A stretch of DNA of 64,000 bases, from NCBI GenBank assembly GCA_951406725.2, contig OX597816.1, positions 178,498,001-178,562,000 on the forward strand, given 5' to 3'. Below, piece after piece: positions 1-12,555 of this stretch. This DNA comes from Octopus vulgaris. Lineage: Eukaryota. The translations under genes were made by a program, and so were the position numbers. The notes under the pieces were generated by a model. That model was not told where the DNA came from. It saw only the letters and a list, made by a program, of their open reading frames with translations, and did not search any database. Each line of letters opens with the position of its first letter. The first letter of the stretch is position 1.

Positions 1-142
1 TGAATAAAAGAGGAATCGGGTTTAGTGCTTGAGAAAGACGACTGCATTGATATGGGCAGAATGAAGTAGGAGAAAAACCGATCTGAAGCTTTTCCATAGC
101 ACAAAGGAGAGGACAAAGAAGCAGGCAAACTGGAGGCATGTC

Positions 143-361
143 ATACTCTTTTTACTCTTTTACTTGTTTCAGTCATTTGACTGCGGCCATGCTGGAGCAC
201 CGCTTTTAGTCGAGTAAATCGACCCCGGGACTTATTCTTTGTAAGCCCAGTACTTATTCTATCGGTCTCTTTTGCCGAACCGCTAAGTAACGGGGACGTA
301 AACACACCAGCATCGGTTGTCAAGCAATGCTAGGGGGACAAACACAGGCACACACACATAT

Positions 362-398
<37 letters not shown>

Positions 399-562
399 CG
401 ACAGGCTTCTTTCAGTTTCCGTCTACCAAATCCACTCACAGGCATTGGTCGGCCTGGGGCTATAGCAGAAGACACTTGCCCAAGATGCCATGCAGTGGGA
501 CTGAACCCGGAACCATGTGGTTGGTTAGCAAGCTACTTACCACACAGCCACTCCTGCGCCTA
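143..562 (-). mobile_element. tRNA-derived SINE, family A (octopus OK/OR-type; internal (TA)/(TG) microsatellite, GAGTAAAA-type tail)
   Basis: Reverse complement of the GGCGCAGGAGTGGCTGTGTGGTAAG...GGTTCAGTCCC head (A/B-box-like). More than 12 related copies occur in the window. Confidence 0.88.
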
Positions 563-1631
563 TGTGGAAGAAGATCCACTCACCTTCCCAGGTGTAGCAA
601 AATGGATGTTAAAATTATGTACATGTGTTTTATGGTGACAAGTTGGTAGACTTGTTAGCATGCCAGATGAAATAGTTAACAGTAATTTTGCCTGTCTTCA
701 CACTCTGAGTTCAAATTCCACCGAGGTTGACTTTGTTTTTTATCCTTTTGGGGTCTCCCACAAAATCGCTGGCCTTGTGCCAAAATTTGAAATCAAAATT
801 ACGTACATGTATATATACAGGCATGTATCACTTGGCATATGTATACTTGTGTGCATGTGTATATGTATGGATGTCTGTCAATTGTCCAGCCAGTATCACT
901 GATCTCTTTTATAGCCTCTCATCTATTTAACATCCATATTACTTACCCCTCTATCACTTGTCCTTTGCACCAAACATCTTAATCACTAATCTGTCTGGTG
1001 TCCATACCACTGTCATGCATAGCTCTTTCACCCATACCCTTATTACTTATCACTCATCATACTATAATGGGTGTAATGGTCATCTGTCTGTCTGTACTCA
1101 CATCACAGCCAAACGGCATGAAACTTTGTAGGGGTGTTTGGGGGGGGGGGGGGTCTCTAGGTTAGTTTATATATAGGCTTAGTCCCTCCCCCTATTCTCA
1201 GAGAAATTCCATCAATTGAGGTAACTTTGGCACCCAGAGATAACTTTGGCAGAAGGAATAGGGTGGCCTATACTCTCCCAAAGGAACATGCTTGACCTCC
1301 TCTTTCTGCCCGTTCCACTATCACCCCCTACCCAAGTAATACCATCAATTGAGGCAAATTTGGCACCCAGAGGTAAGTTTTGTATCAGGCTTAAAAAGCA
1401 AGTACCCCAGGGTAGATTTGTTTGGTGAAGCCCTTCAAGGGGGTGCTTCAGCATGACCGCAGTCCAATAACTGAAACAAGTAAAACAGAACAAAAAAAAA
1501 AAATAGAAGATACTTTTTTTCATTCAATGATCATATTCCAACAACAATATGCCTGTAGCAGACTTGATCTTCAATAGCCAAATGCTTTATTCCTCAGCCG
1601 CTTTGTGGTTAAAAAGTATAAAATGTTACAT

Positions 1632-1818
1632 TCATCATCATCATCGTTTAGCGTCCGCTTTCCATGCTAGCATGGGTTGGACGGTTCTACTGGGGTCTGT
1701 GAAGCCAGAAGGCTTCATCAGGCCTAGTCAGATCTGGCAGTGTTTCTACGGCTGGATGCCCTTCCTAACGCCAACCACTCCGAGAGTGTAGTGGGTGCTT
1801 TTTACGTGCCACCCGCAC
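1632..1818 (-). mobile_element. RTE LINE 3' tail fragment
   Basis: Matches the 3' UTR of the RTE at 12390-12555 (GGAAGGGCATCCAGC...CATGGAAAGCGGACG, (GAT)n). Confidence 0.85.
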
Positions 1819-1848
1819 ATAAAATGAAAAAAGGAATATTCAACTTAC

Positions 1849-2908
1849 TGATTTCTGGAGTTTTATCATCCTCATCGTTTGAAGAAGAATTCCTGCTATC
1901 ACAGTTGTTAATAACTGATAACGTGTCATTGGTCGCAGCACACTCAGAAGGATCAACTGTTTCGTTTGCATCTGTTTTGTTTTGCCAAGTATTTGTGTCA
2001 CTATTGTCATTGTTATCATTACCTAGATAGTCTTTTTTGTTATTAATATTTGAGACATTGGTATTTGAATCATTATTATTATTACTAATTTGTGTTAAAT
2101 CAGTACAGGTTTCAGTTCTATTTTCACACAAGGAATTCTCTGCAGTTTTTACATTTGGTGATAATAATTTTTCAGATGGACTTAATATTTGAAAACTTTT
2201 GTTTTTGCCATTGGTGCTCTCATTTTTATTGTTTGCATCTTTTACTGTTATCCCAAAAAGGCCACTAATAGTTTCAGCAGCAATTTCTTTACAAATTTCA
2301 GATGCTTCAGTGAACTTATTAGTGTACACTTGTCTTGAGGAATGGTTTGGGTCAAAATTTAACAAGACTTGATCAACTGAAGTGGGAGAAGATATTCCCA
2401 AAGTGGTTGGAGATGTTGGTAAGCTAGTAGGAGATGAATGCTGAAATGATGGTGACACATCACCAACTTTTGTAACAGTAAATATTTTTTTTGCTTTTGT
2501 ATTTTCACAATATTGAGGACTTAAAAGGAAATCTCCAGGTGGAGATGAAATAGTTTTAAAGGACATTGGAGATACAGTAGAAACTAATGGGGAATTAATT
2601 TGATTGCTGAATTCTGCATCTGAAATAAAAGCAGGGGAATCTAAAGTTTTCTGAGGAGAAGGCTCTGTTGCAAACAACAATGTAGGTCTTCGTATTCTGT
2701 TGCATGTTGGGAAGTAAGCCGATTCTAAATTCTCCAGCTCCCGTTTCTGTTGTACAGCCAGCTTTTCTGCTTCTTGCTTCTTTACCAATTCTTCTGCCTT
2801 CTTTTGTTGTTCATTTTCTTTTTTAACAGCTACCTCATGATTACGTTCCAAGTAATTGCTGATATCTGATAGAAGACGTTGTTGCTGGTTAGCATAATCT
2901 TTCACAGC
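1849..2908 (-). CDS. PPP1R37: PPP1R37-like coding exon 11 (coiled-coil, then Ser/Pro/Asn-rich disordered tail)
   Basis: Acceptor tttgtag|GCT GTG AAA, followed by a long open frame (AVKDYANQQQRLLSDISNYLERN...). Probable donor CA|gtaagt at 1848. If that donor is unused, the frame runs to TAA at 1802. The 3' end is uncertain. Confidence 0.85.
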
Positions 2909-4035
2909 CTACAAATAAACAGCAAATAGTAAAAATTCAAAAGTTTATGATTTTAGAGGCAATGATTCTTCTTAATTATATCATTTGAAATATGAATAAT
3001 AATTTATCAACTTTGATTTTATTGAATATATTTAATGTTTGTTTCAGTTTAACTATTATGTAAACCATAATATTTTGTCAAATTACAAAAAAAAAAGTGA
3101 GAAAAGGCATAATTAAGTAAATTGTTAGTGAATAGAAAAAACATAATGTGTTTATATACAAAGTTCATTTTATACAACTATTATTTATAAATTAAAACAG
3201 CAAGCCAACTTGAGTTATTTTGTAAGTGTTGCTAATAGAGCTGATGAATTGATAAATTGTATAGATCTTAAAGAATCACAAAAGACCAAAAACCCAGAAC
3301 TTAGTTCTAGATACATTAACTAAATGAAAGATCAATCTTTTTTGGTTAAAATACCAGTTTATCACAAGTGACTGTTGTAAAGATTCTAAATTAAGTAATG
3401 AATTGATAGAGTTGTTAGAGAATTGGACAAAAGAGGCTTTGTAGTATTTCTTCTGATTTCTGTGTCTTTAGTTCAAATCCAGCTGAGGTCAACTTTGTCT
3501 TTTATCCTTTTGGGGATGACAAAAATGTATCTAGGGTGGTGGCTTGGTGATATTGTTAAAGTTCTGGATGGCAAGCCTTGTGTTCTGGCTCTCCAAGATC
3601 TGATGGCAACATCTGTGATGACATTGGTTCCAAGCTGTATCCCATTTGGCAGCACTAGCATGGACTGCAGAGACTTGTACTTATGGGCAACTGCTAATCT
3701 TCCACAAAAAAAAAAACAAAACAAAACAAAACCTTACCTTGGAGGGAAACTTTCCACAAGCAGATATTAAGTCTGTCTACAACAAACAACAAAGACCATT
3801 TATGGACTTGTCAGTAGCCGCTCTTTTGTATGTCTGAGAAATGCCAGTGGCTTGTATTTGTTTACAATGAACCTCAAGTTGCTAGGAAGTAAACCAGACA
3901 CTGTATGGCTTACTACAGCCCAGGTAAAATGAGATGGCCAGTGTCAGGTGAGGAAACTGCACCAAACTGTCAATGACTCGATTGTAGTCTCAGGTGGTAT
4001 CTTCTTAACCAGTCTGCCTGATATAATCTAAACAG

Positions 4036-4057
4036 CTAGGTGGTGGTGGTGGTGCTG

Positions 4058-4122
<65 letters not shown>

Positions 4123-4150
4123 ACTACTACTACTACTGCTACTACTATTA
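4036..4150. repeat. Compound trinucleotide microsatellite (GGT)n(CTA)n(CTG)n
   Basis: Directly visible; abuts an RTE tail. Confidence 0.9.
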
Positions 4151-4731
4151 CATCCTCGTTTAACATCCGTTTTCCATGCTGGCATGGGTTGGACGGTTTG
4201 ACTGAGGTCTGGAGAGCCAGCGGCTACACCAGGTTCCAATCTGATCTGGCAGTGTTTCTACAGCTGGATGCTCTTCTTAATGCCAATCACTCCAAGAGTG
4301 TAGTGGGTGCTTTTTACATGCCACCGGCACGGGAGCCAGTCAGGCGGGCCTGGCATTGATCATGTTTGGATGGTGCTTTTTATGTGCCACTGGCACGAGA
4401 GCCAGTCAGGGGGTCTGGCATCAGCCACAATCAGTTGGTGCTTTTTACGTGCCACTGGCACAGGCACAGGAGCCAGTCAGGTGCTTTTTACATACCATTG
4501 GCATCGGAGCCAGTCAAGGGGCACTGGCCCCATATATGATATTGGTTTTACTTGACTCAACAGGTCTTCTCAAGTATATCATATCACCCGACACATCAGG
4601 GGTATTCTTAACAGGGCTGGACATGTACGGCTGTGATCTCACTTTAGTTGCTGGGTCTTCTAAATCACAGCATATCTCCAAAGGTCCCAGTCTCCCGTCA
4701 TTGCCTCTGTGAGGCCCAATGTTTGAAGGTC
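4151..4731 (-). mobile_element. RTE LINE 3' end (ORF end plus 3' UTR with repeat modules)
   Basis: Reverse complement of the RTE C-terminus (TLGLTEAMT..DLWRYAV) and 3' UTR. Confidence 0.82.
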
Positions 4732-5209
4732 CTCAGACACACAAGGGAATAGTTCATGAACCATTAGTCAATTTCCTCCAATGAGCATTCACTTGCATTT
4801 CAAAACCTTAGTTGAATATATTGATAGGATCCTTAGCTCTGAATTTTATATATCCACTATTAACTTATGAACAAATTGTCATGTTTATATAGGATATAGA
4901 TTTCTGTGAAAAGGCTTCTGCAAATTGATAATGAAATGATTTGACACTATAAAGATAAAGCAGACAAGGCTGGAAAATAATTGCCATGGGAATTGGAGAT
5001 GATGAATACAATTAAAGTATCGATCATGGCAGGATGTAATGGATATAGGTTCAGTGGGAACTGAACTCACAACCATGAGATAAGTTAGATACACTAAACT
5101 ATTCTGTCTGATCTCAGATAATTTATCTCAATCATTTCTACTTCTCTAATATATAAAAAAAAAAAAAACACAACAGTAACAAAATAAATAAATAATACAG
5201 CACACTTAC

Positions 5210-5376
5210 CACTTCCTTTTTGGTAGTTTTGTCAAGTTCAAGTCTCACTAATGATTGATTGACTTTTAATGCAAGAGACAGGGCCATCAAACCAGCTGTT
5301 CGAATGTTGTTTTTACAAAGATCAATATGCAATATGCGTGAACTGTCAGCAATATATTCAGCCAGAGCAACAGCAC
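5210..5376 (-). CDS. PPP1R37: PPP1R37-like coding exon 10 (LRR)
   Basis: Encodes (G)AVALAEYIADSSRILHIDLCKNNIRTAGLMALSLALKVNQSLVRLELDKTTKKEV. Acceptor ttctag, donor gtaagt; phase 1 to 0. Confidence 0.93.
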
Positions 5377-5847
5377 CTAGAATCACAATTACAGATTATT
5401 TTTTATTAAAGCAACAATTTAGTTGGATAATAATGTTCTTTTAATGTAATAAAGCAAACCGAAAGAATCGCCAGCAAATTAATAACCATTAAGTTGATGT
5501 TCTATGTTTCCAGTGTTTTATATGCATTTTTTAAATATTATCATGGACTTGATGGTTCAATAAATTCAGATATATGGAATTCATTTCATTACGCACAAGA
5601 AAAAGGCAATCAATACACTCAGTAAATTAGTAGGTGTTAGGAAGGGCAGCCAGCCATAGAGACCCTGTTAAAGCAGATACTGGAACATGATGCAGTCCTT
5701 GAACTGGTTGGATCCTGTCAAACTATTCAACCCTGCCAGCATGGAAAATGAACAGTAAAAGGTGATGATGATGATGTACTCTTCCTAATTTTCTGATGGG
5801 GTGCTTAATTTAAAGCAACTAAAGCATTATGTGTGTAGGAGGGTGTA

Positions 5848-6747
5848 TAAGTGGGTACCCAAAAGTAACCGGAAATGTTCCCTGTGGAACAAGCCCATAG
5901 TAGTTCAGGCTTCTGCCACTAGAAGCCACTTGATGTGACCTTCAGGCATCAGTATGCTGACCAGTGTCATTGAGTGAAGGTCCTACTGCCATGTGGTGCA
6001 TCTTTGCTTTGCAGTGCTTCTCCCCTGTTTGTCAGTCTTTACAATGGATGAACAGCATGCTTTGGTGAAATTCTGTTTTCTGCTGGGGAAAATGGTAGTT
6101 GAAACAGTTGTCATGCTTCAAACAGCTTACAAGGATGCTGTCATGAACAAAACACAAGTTTACAAGCGGTTTTCATGCATTAGGGATGGTCACTTAAAGA
6201 CCAACCTCGTTCAGGGCGTCCGTCAACCTCCCGAACAAATGAAAACATTATGAAAATCCATGAACTGATTTTGCAGGACCATCACCAAACAATTGATGAA
6301 CAATTGTTGATATGACTGGTGTGTCTTGGAGCTCCTGCCAATGAATTTTGAGCAAGGAATTGTGAATGGAAAGAGTTGCAGCAAAACTTGTGCCTCACTT
6401 GCTCACAGAAGATCAAAAGCAGGCAGGACTGAATATGTGCTGTGAACTGAAAGAATAGTGGGAAGTTGATCCGGACCTTTTTTTGAAGGTCATCACTGGT
6501 GACAAAAGCTGGTGCTATGGATGGAATTTGTAGATGTGGAAGAGGTGAAAAAGAAAATGACAGAGACATTAAAAGGCATCATTTTGTAAGAGTTCCAGCA
6601 CTGCTTTGAATAGTGGAAAAAACACTTGGACCGATGCATTGCTTCAAATGGAGAATACTTTGAAGGTGATAAAAGTGTAAATGTGTAAAACAAAGTAGAT
6701 AAAATAATATTGCAAAATTTCAGTTTCTTTTGGGTATCTCCTTTGCG
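5848..6747 (+). mobile_element. Internally deleted, decayed mariner transposon
   Basis: TIR-like ends (gggtacccaaaagtaaccggaaat / atttcagtttcttttgggtatc). Transposase remnants: EQHALVKFCFLLGK, RSGRPSTS, VAAKLVPHLLT, VITGDKSWCY, and the C-terminus DRCIASNGEYFEGD. Stops and frameshifts are present. Confidence 0.9.
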
Positions 6748-7770
6748 TATGGTCTTGTTTAAGAACATAAGCAGTACCAACAGCAGGGTTTAATACACAA
6801 ATTTTGTCCCTTAAATATTTATCTACTTCACATCTTCAAGAGAACAGTAGATAAAGCAAGCAGTAATGGCCTTTACCAGAAAATAGACACTACATTGGAG
6901 GTGGTTTATGTTAAGTTAAAAATTTTAAAATGCACTGATTCTTGAAGAAATGATACCCAAAATAGATATATTTATTTGAAGATGGCCTATTATCTTTAGC
7001 CAAACCAAAGACAGATTTATTTTATGGCTAATTTTTAATTGTGTTTGTCTAAACAATAAGACACAAACATCAGTTATAGGTTTTAGCTTTGAAGTTGATG
7101 ACTTCTTGAGCTGAGATATACCAGATCAGACTGGAGCCTGGTGCAGCCTCCTGGCTTCTCAGACCCCAGTCAAATTGTCCAACCCATGCTAGTATGGAAA
7201 ATGGACGTTAAATGATGATGATGATGATGATGATGATATGAGAAGGTATATTGAAAAATTATTCTGTATTTTTATCTTTCCTTGGATTATTTGACTAATT
7301 ATTTAAATGGATAAGGTTAACTGAGCTCTAGATTAATTAAATGAAGTAAAATTTATGAAAACTAAATCAGGGCTTGGCTTACAATTTCATTTAATCTTGT
7401 AGCCTAGTTTTAAAGGAAAAACAATCATGTAGGCATACATAAAAACAGGAAATTATTAAGCCAAGCCAGTTTAAGGTAACATAATCAAGTTAATTTCATA
7501 ATTTATAAACAGTTACAGGTGAGAAGTGTTACAAGTGAATCATTTCAGTTGTATTCTATCTAAATGAAATTAGATATCACAAGAGAGCAGCCTATTAGCT
7601 CAGTACCTTGACCTCAGATGCATTAAAGAAAGAAATGATTTGTTCATAAGGGTGCAAATAATCTAACCAGAAAAACTAATATAAGTGAAGACCAACTAAA
7701 AGCATCAAATATTCTGTGGAGAAGATGAGAAAACAAAAGCAAAACAAATGCATCGTTATGTTAGTTTTAA

Positions 7771-7915
7771 TATAAGGTTGTCCCAAAAGTTCGTAGAAAG
7801 TCTTGGAAAATAATGGTCTTTATTTTGAGGAATAATTTTTGTTGTTTTTGTTAGTACTTGGTGAGTAAAAATTCAATTTTTGCAAGTGTTTACGAACTTT
7901 TGGGACAACCTAATA
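7771..7915. mobile_element. Tc1/mariner-type MITE (~140 bp)
   Basis: Perfect 21-bp inverted repeat AGGTTGTCCCAAAAGTTCGTA / TACGAACTTTTGGGACAACCT, with TA at both ends. Confidence 0.8.
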
Positions 7916-8197
7916 CTATGTTAGCAATAATAGGAAACATGAATCTCAATTTCAACTTCATCTTGCATACAGAAAAAAAATCATCAGATGAGTTGAAAAT
8001 GGAACTTTGCACCAGTGAGATAAGTAATTTACTTTTTAATATAATTGATAGTCCCAGGTACATGACCTGCTTAGAATTATTGTGATTTCTGTATTGTCAC
8101 ATGCATTATTTTTATTTTTTTAATTCATATAAATTGCATTAATGAGCAAATTCATCTTAGATAAAGAGTTTCAACAAAATGCACATCAGCTAATTAC

Positions 8198-8339
8198 CTT
8201 CGCATAAAATCTTTGTATTTTGCAAACCAAGTCGGATAAGAGATTTGCTCTTTAATAATCCATCTTTTAAATAATGAATTCCTTCATTTGTGATGTTATT
8301 GTTACCCAAGTTCAGTGTTTCAAGACATTCTGATTTTGC
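8198..8339 (-). CDS. PPP1R37: PPP1R37-like coding exon 9 (LRR)
   Basis: Encodes AKSECLETLNLGNNNITNEGIHYLKDGLLKSKSLIRLGLQNTKILCE(G). Acceptor tttgtag, donor gtaatt; phase 0 to 1. Confidence 0.92.
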
Positions 8340-8504
8340 CTACAAACAATAAAAAAGCAAAAACATAAAACTATACACATAAAAATTTATTTACTTTCAT
8401 AAGAAAAATACACAGGCAATAAAATGATCAAACTATGCTTTTTAGAAAATAATACAATAACCTTTAAATGGAGTGGGAAGATAAACTTCAGAAAAACCTG
8501 AAAA

Positions 8505-9135
8505 TCATCATCGCCGTTTAACATCTTCTTTCCATGTTGGTATGGATTGGACAGTTTGACTGAGAATTGGCAAGCCAAGAGGCTGCACCAGGCACCAATC
8601 TGATTTGGCAAAGCTCCTACAGCTTGATGCCCTTCCTAACGCCAACAACTCCAAGAGTGTAGCGGTTGCTTTTTACGTGCCACAAGCGTGGAAGCCAGTC
8701 AGGTGGCACTGGCACTGGCCACACTCGAACAGTGCTTTTTATGTACCAGTCAGGCGGTATTGGCATTGGCCATGCTCAAAATGTTGCTTTTTATGCGCCA
8801 CTGGGATGGGTACCACTCAGGTGGCACTGGAATCGATCACACTCAAGTGGCAATTTTTACATGCCACCAGCACGGGTGTCAGTCAGGCAGCACTGGCAGT
8901 GGCCATGACTATGATTTTACTCGGTTCAATAGGTCTTCACAAGCATTCCATATCACCCAACGACTGAAGGGTGCTTTTAAATGGGCCAGCTATGCAACAC
9001 TGGCATCAGCTATGATTACAATTTCACTTGGCTTGCCAGGTCATCTCAAGCATGGCATATCTCCATATGTCTTGGTCGCTTGTCATTGCCTCTGTGAGGC
9101 CCAACATTTGAAGGTTGTGCTTCACCACTTCATCT
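8505..9135 (-). mobile_element. RTE LINE 3' end
   Basis: Reverse complement of the RTE ORF end (DEVVKHNLQMLGLTEAMT) and 3' UTR modules. Confidence 0.82.
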
Positions 9136-9614
9136 CGTGTCTTTTTTACATATGGATCCCTTTGCTTCCTAAATTACTTGGATGAACTTCCACAGCCATT
9201 TGATGTTAAAAAAATTCTATTATATTTTTATAATTATATTTTATTAGGAACTGTGTAAAAATAATTATTAAAATGTTTTATGTATTGTAGAAGTATAATA
9301 GATTTACTGGAGCTAGATTTTAACAACAAAGTTTTATATGGACCCCGGTGGAGAACCCCTGGTCTAAAAGACGCAATGATCATCAGCTAGATTTGAGAAC
9401 AGTGAACTTGTATCCTATCACCGACACTGCAGTACATCTTTGTTTTAGTTTATCCCATTGAAATTAGCAAATTTAGTTCTTTGTAGCAAACATCAAGCTT
9501 GTTTCATCAGAGGTAGCTTTCTCTTGTAAACTATTTTATACTCTATGTAAAATTAGATCCTTTATTAAACTAAGAAATAATATATGGTTGCCACAGGATA
9601 TTTACTCAGACTAT

Positions 9615-10055
9615 TAGGTGGCAGCCTGTCTAAATGGTAAGAAGTTTGCTTCCCAATTACATGGTTCTGGGTTCAGTCCCACTGTGTGACACCTGGGGCT
9701 AGTGTCTTCTACAATAGCCTTGGGCCAGCCAGAGCCTTGTGAGTAGATTTGGAAGACAGACACCGAAAAAAGCACGTGTGCATACGTATGTGTAAGAGAC
9801 TATCTCTTTGCCTTAACATCACATGATAGTTGTAAACGAGTGCCACCATTATGCAAGCAGTGTCGTTTATCTCCTATCTTCTGTGAAAAGATGTCTGTTA
9901 ATGGGGGAAAATATTACCTTACTTGGAAACAGGTGAAAGTTAGGGATAGAAAGGTCATCCAGCTATAGAAAATCCACTTCAATAAATATTATCTGATCCA
10001 TGTGAGGTTGGAAAAGTGGATGTTAAAATGATAATTTTGATGATGATAATGATGG
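9615..10055 (+). mobile_element. Old SINE with family-A-like head and RTE-derived 3' tail
   Basis: Head ggtaagaagtttgcttcccaa...ggttcagtccc; tail gaaaggtcatccagctatagaaa...gatgttaaaatgat. Confidence 0.6.
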
Positions 10056-10445
10056 TGGTTTATATTAAGATACCATCATCAATGTCATTTTTTAACATCT
10101 GCAATTTCATGCTCACATGGGTCAGACGATATTCTTTCTGTTCCCAACCCTCACCTGTTCCCAAGTAAAGACTAATATGTGTGTGTGTGTGTATGGGTTA
10201 ACATCACACAGTAGTTGTAAACGAGTGTCACCACTATGGAAGCAGAGTCATTAAAATACAAACAGCACAAAAGCCAAACATCTTTTAATGGAAGACCGCA
10301 AACAAACAACACTGCTTGTATGCCTGTGATGATTGTTCATAATTTCAATATGCAATATCAAGACATGGAGACACAAATACATACAAACAAATATATATGT
10401 ACATATGTGACACGCAAATTTGTGAAGCGTTCCATATTTTTTGTA

Positions 10446-12555
10446 AAGGTGACGCTTTAGATACAAATAATTACAGAGGTATCAAGTTGTTGGATCAAGT
10501 AATGAAGGTCACGGAGAGGGTCATAGCCCAACTGATTAGAGAGAGAGTCAGTTTAGATGAGATGCAGTTTGGGTTCGTGCCAGGGAAAAGCACCACTGAT
10601 GCTATATTCCTGGTAAGACAGCTGCAGGAGAAATACCTAGCCAAAGATAAGCCCCTGTACCTGGCTTTTGTTGACATGGAGAAAGCCTTTGACAGGGTCC
10701 CCCGATCCCTTACCTGGTGGTCAATGAGGAAACTAGGGATAGATGAATGGTTAGTGAGAGCTGTGTGAGCCATGTACAGGGACACTGTAAGTAAGGTGAG
10801 GGTTGGCAATGAGTACAGTGAAGAATTCAGAGTAGAGGTAGGGGTCCACCAAGTTCAGTCCTCAGCCCCCTCCTATTTATCATAGTCCTCCAGGCAATAA
10901 TGAAGGAATTCAAGACAGGATGCCCTGGGAGCTCCTCTATGCTGATGACCTTGCTCTAATTGCTGAGTGAACAAGAGAAATTTCAAGTGTGGAAACAAGG
11001 ATTAGAATTGAAGGGCCTTAGAGTCAACCTAGCTAAAACCAAAGTCCTAATAAGTAGGAAGGCAGGCAAACCACAAATCCCTTCAAGTAGATGGTCCTGC
11101 TCGATCTGTAGAAAAGGCATAGGTAGAAACTTCATAAGATATACCCAGTGTAAGCTATGGACACATAAGAGGTGCAGCAATATCAAAGGAAGGCTAATTG
11201 GGAAGATAGTTTTTGTAAGTGGCAGATGCTCAGGAACAATAAACACTGAAAATGTGCAGAGAACAACTTCCGCCACATTCCAGGGAGAAAAACTAGAAAT
11301 AGTTGATAGCTTCCATTACCTAGGTGACCAAGTCAGTAGCGGGGGTGGGTGTGCTGAAAGTGTAACTGCTAGAGTAAGAATAGCCTGGGCAAAGTTTAGA
11401 GAGCTCTTACCCCTGTTGGTGACAAAGGGCCTCTCACTCAGAGTAAAAGGCAGACTGTATGATGCATGTGTACGAACAGTTATGCTACATGGCAGTGAAA
11501 CATGGGCCATGACTGCTGAGGATATGCGTAAGATCGCAAGGTATGAAGCCAGTATGCTCCAATGGGTGCGTAATGTCAATGTACACACTCGACAAAGTGT
11601 AAGTACCTTGAGAGAAAAGTTGGAACAAAGAAGCATCAGCTGTGGTGTGCAAGAGAGACGATTGCGCTGGTATGGTCATGTGGCAAGAATGGATGTAGAT
11701 AGCTGTATGAAAAAGTGCCAATCCCTAGCAGTTGAGGAAACCTGTGGAAGAGGTAGACCCAGGAAAACCTGGGACGAGTTGGTGAAGCATGATCTTCGAA
11801 CATTGGGCCTCACCGAGGCAATGACTAGTGACCAAGACCTTTGGAAATATGCTGTGCGTGAGAAGACCTGGCAGGACAAGTGAGACCATAACCCGTGGCT
11901 TTTACCAAGGATGTAGCCAGCCCACTTATGCATACCTTTCCTTCTTTGGACACAAAACTCTGCTTGTGAAGACCTATTGAGGCAAGTGAAATCGAAATTG
12001 AACCAAATTCATCGACTGGCACCCACGCCAACTTCCCTTCATTGGACACTAAACTCTGCTTGCGAAGACCTGTTGGGGCAAGTGAAATCCAAATTGAACC
12101 AAATTCGATGACTGGCACCTGTGCCAGTGGAGTGCTAACAGTTCCAACCAAGCGGGATCACTGCCAGAGCAGGTGTCTGGCACGTAAAGAGCACCATTTG
12201 AGCGTGATTGTTGTCAGCGTTGCCTCACTGGCACTTGTGCCGGTGGCACGTGAACAAAACATTTGAGCAAGGTCGTTGCCAGTGCCGCTGGACTGACTCC
12301 TGTGCAGGTGACACTTAAAAAATACCATTTTCGAGTGTGGCTGTTGCCAGTACCACCAGACTGGCCCTCATGCTAGTGGTACTTTAAAAGCACCCACTAC
12401 ACCCTCAAAGTGGTTGGCTTTAGGAAGGGCATCCAGCTGTAGAAACTCTGCCAGATCAGATTGGAGCCTGGTGCAGCCATCTGGTTTGCCAGTCCCCAGT
12501 TAAATCATTCAACTCATGCCAGCATGGAAAGCGGACGTTAAACAATGATGATGAT
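10446..12555 (+). mobile_element. 5'-truncated RTE-clade LINE (RT pseudogene plus 3' UTR)
   Basis: Motifs NYRGIKLL, QFGFVPGKSTTDAIF, AFVDMEKAFDRVPR, YADD (10938-10949), YLG, RRLRWYGHV, RGRPRKTW. TGA at 10766 and frameshifts; (GAT)n tail. Confidence 0.95.

Noticed and set aside
317-649. Recurrent short ORFs such as MLGGQTQ..YIYIY..RQASFSFRLPNPLT and MRNWYFIYRPRKDERQSRP
   Set aside because: They are antisense translations of SINE families A and B, repeated across the window.
1520-1630. Candidate terminal exons for PPP1R37 (AG at ~1555 and ~1602 on the minus strand)
   Set aside because: Polypyrimidine tracts are weak and the peptides are not recognisable; this cannot be supported without transcripts.
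4036-4239. Poly-Ser ORF
   Set aside because: It is a trinucleotide microsatellite next to an RTE tail.
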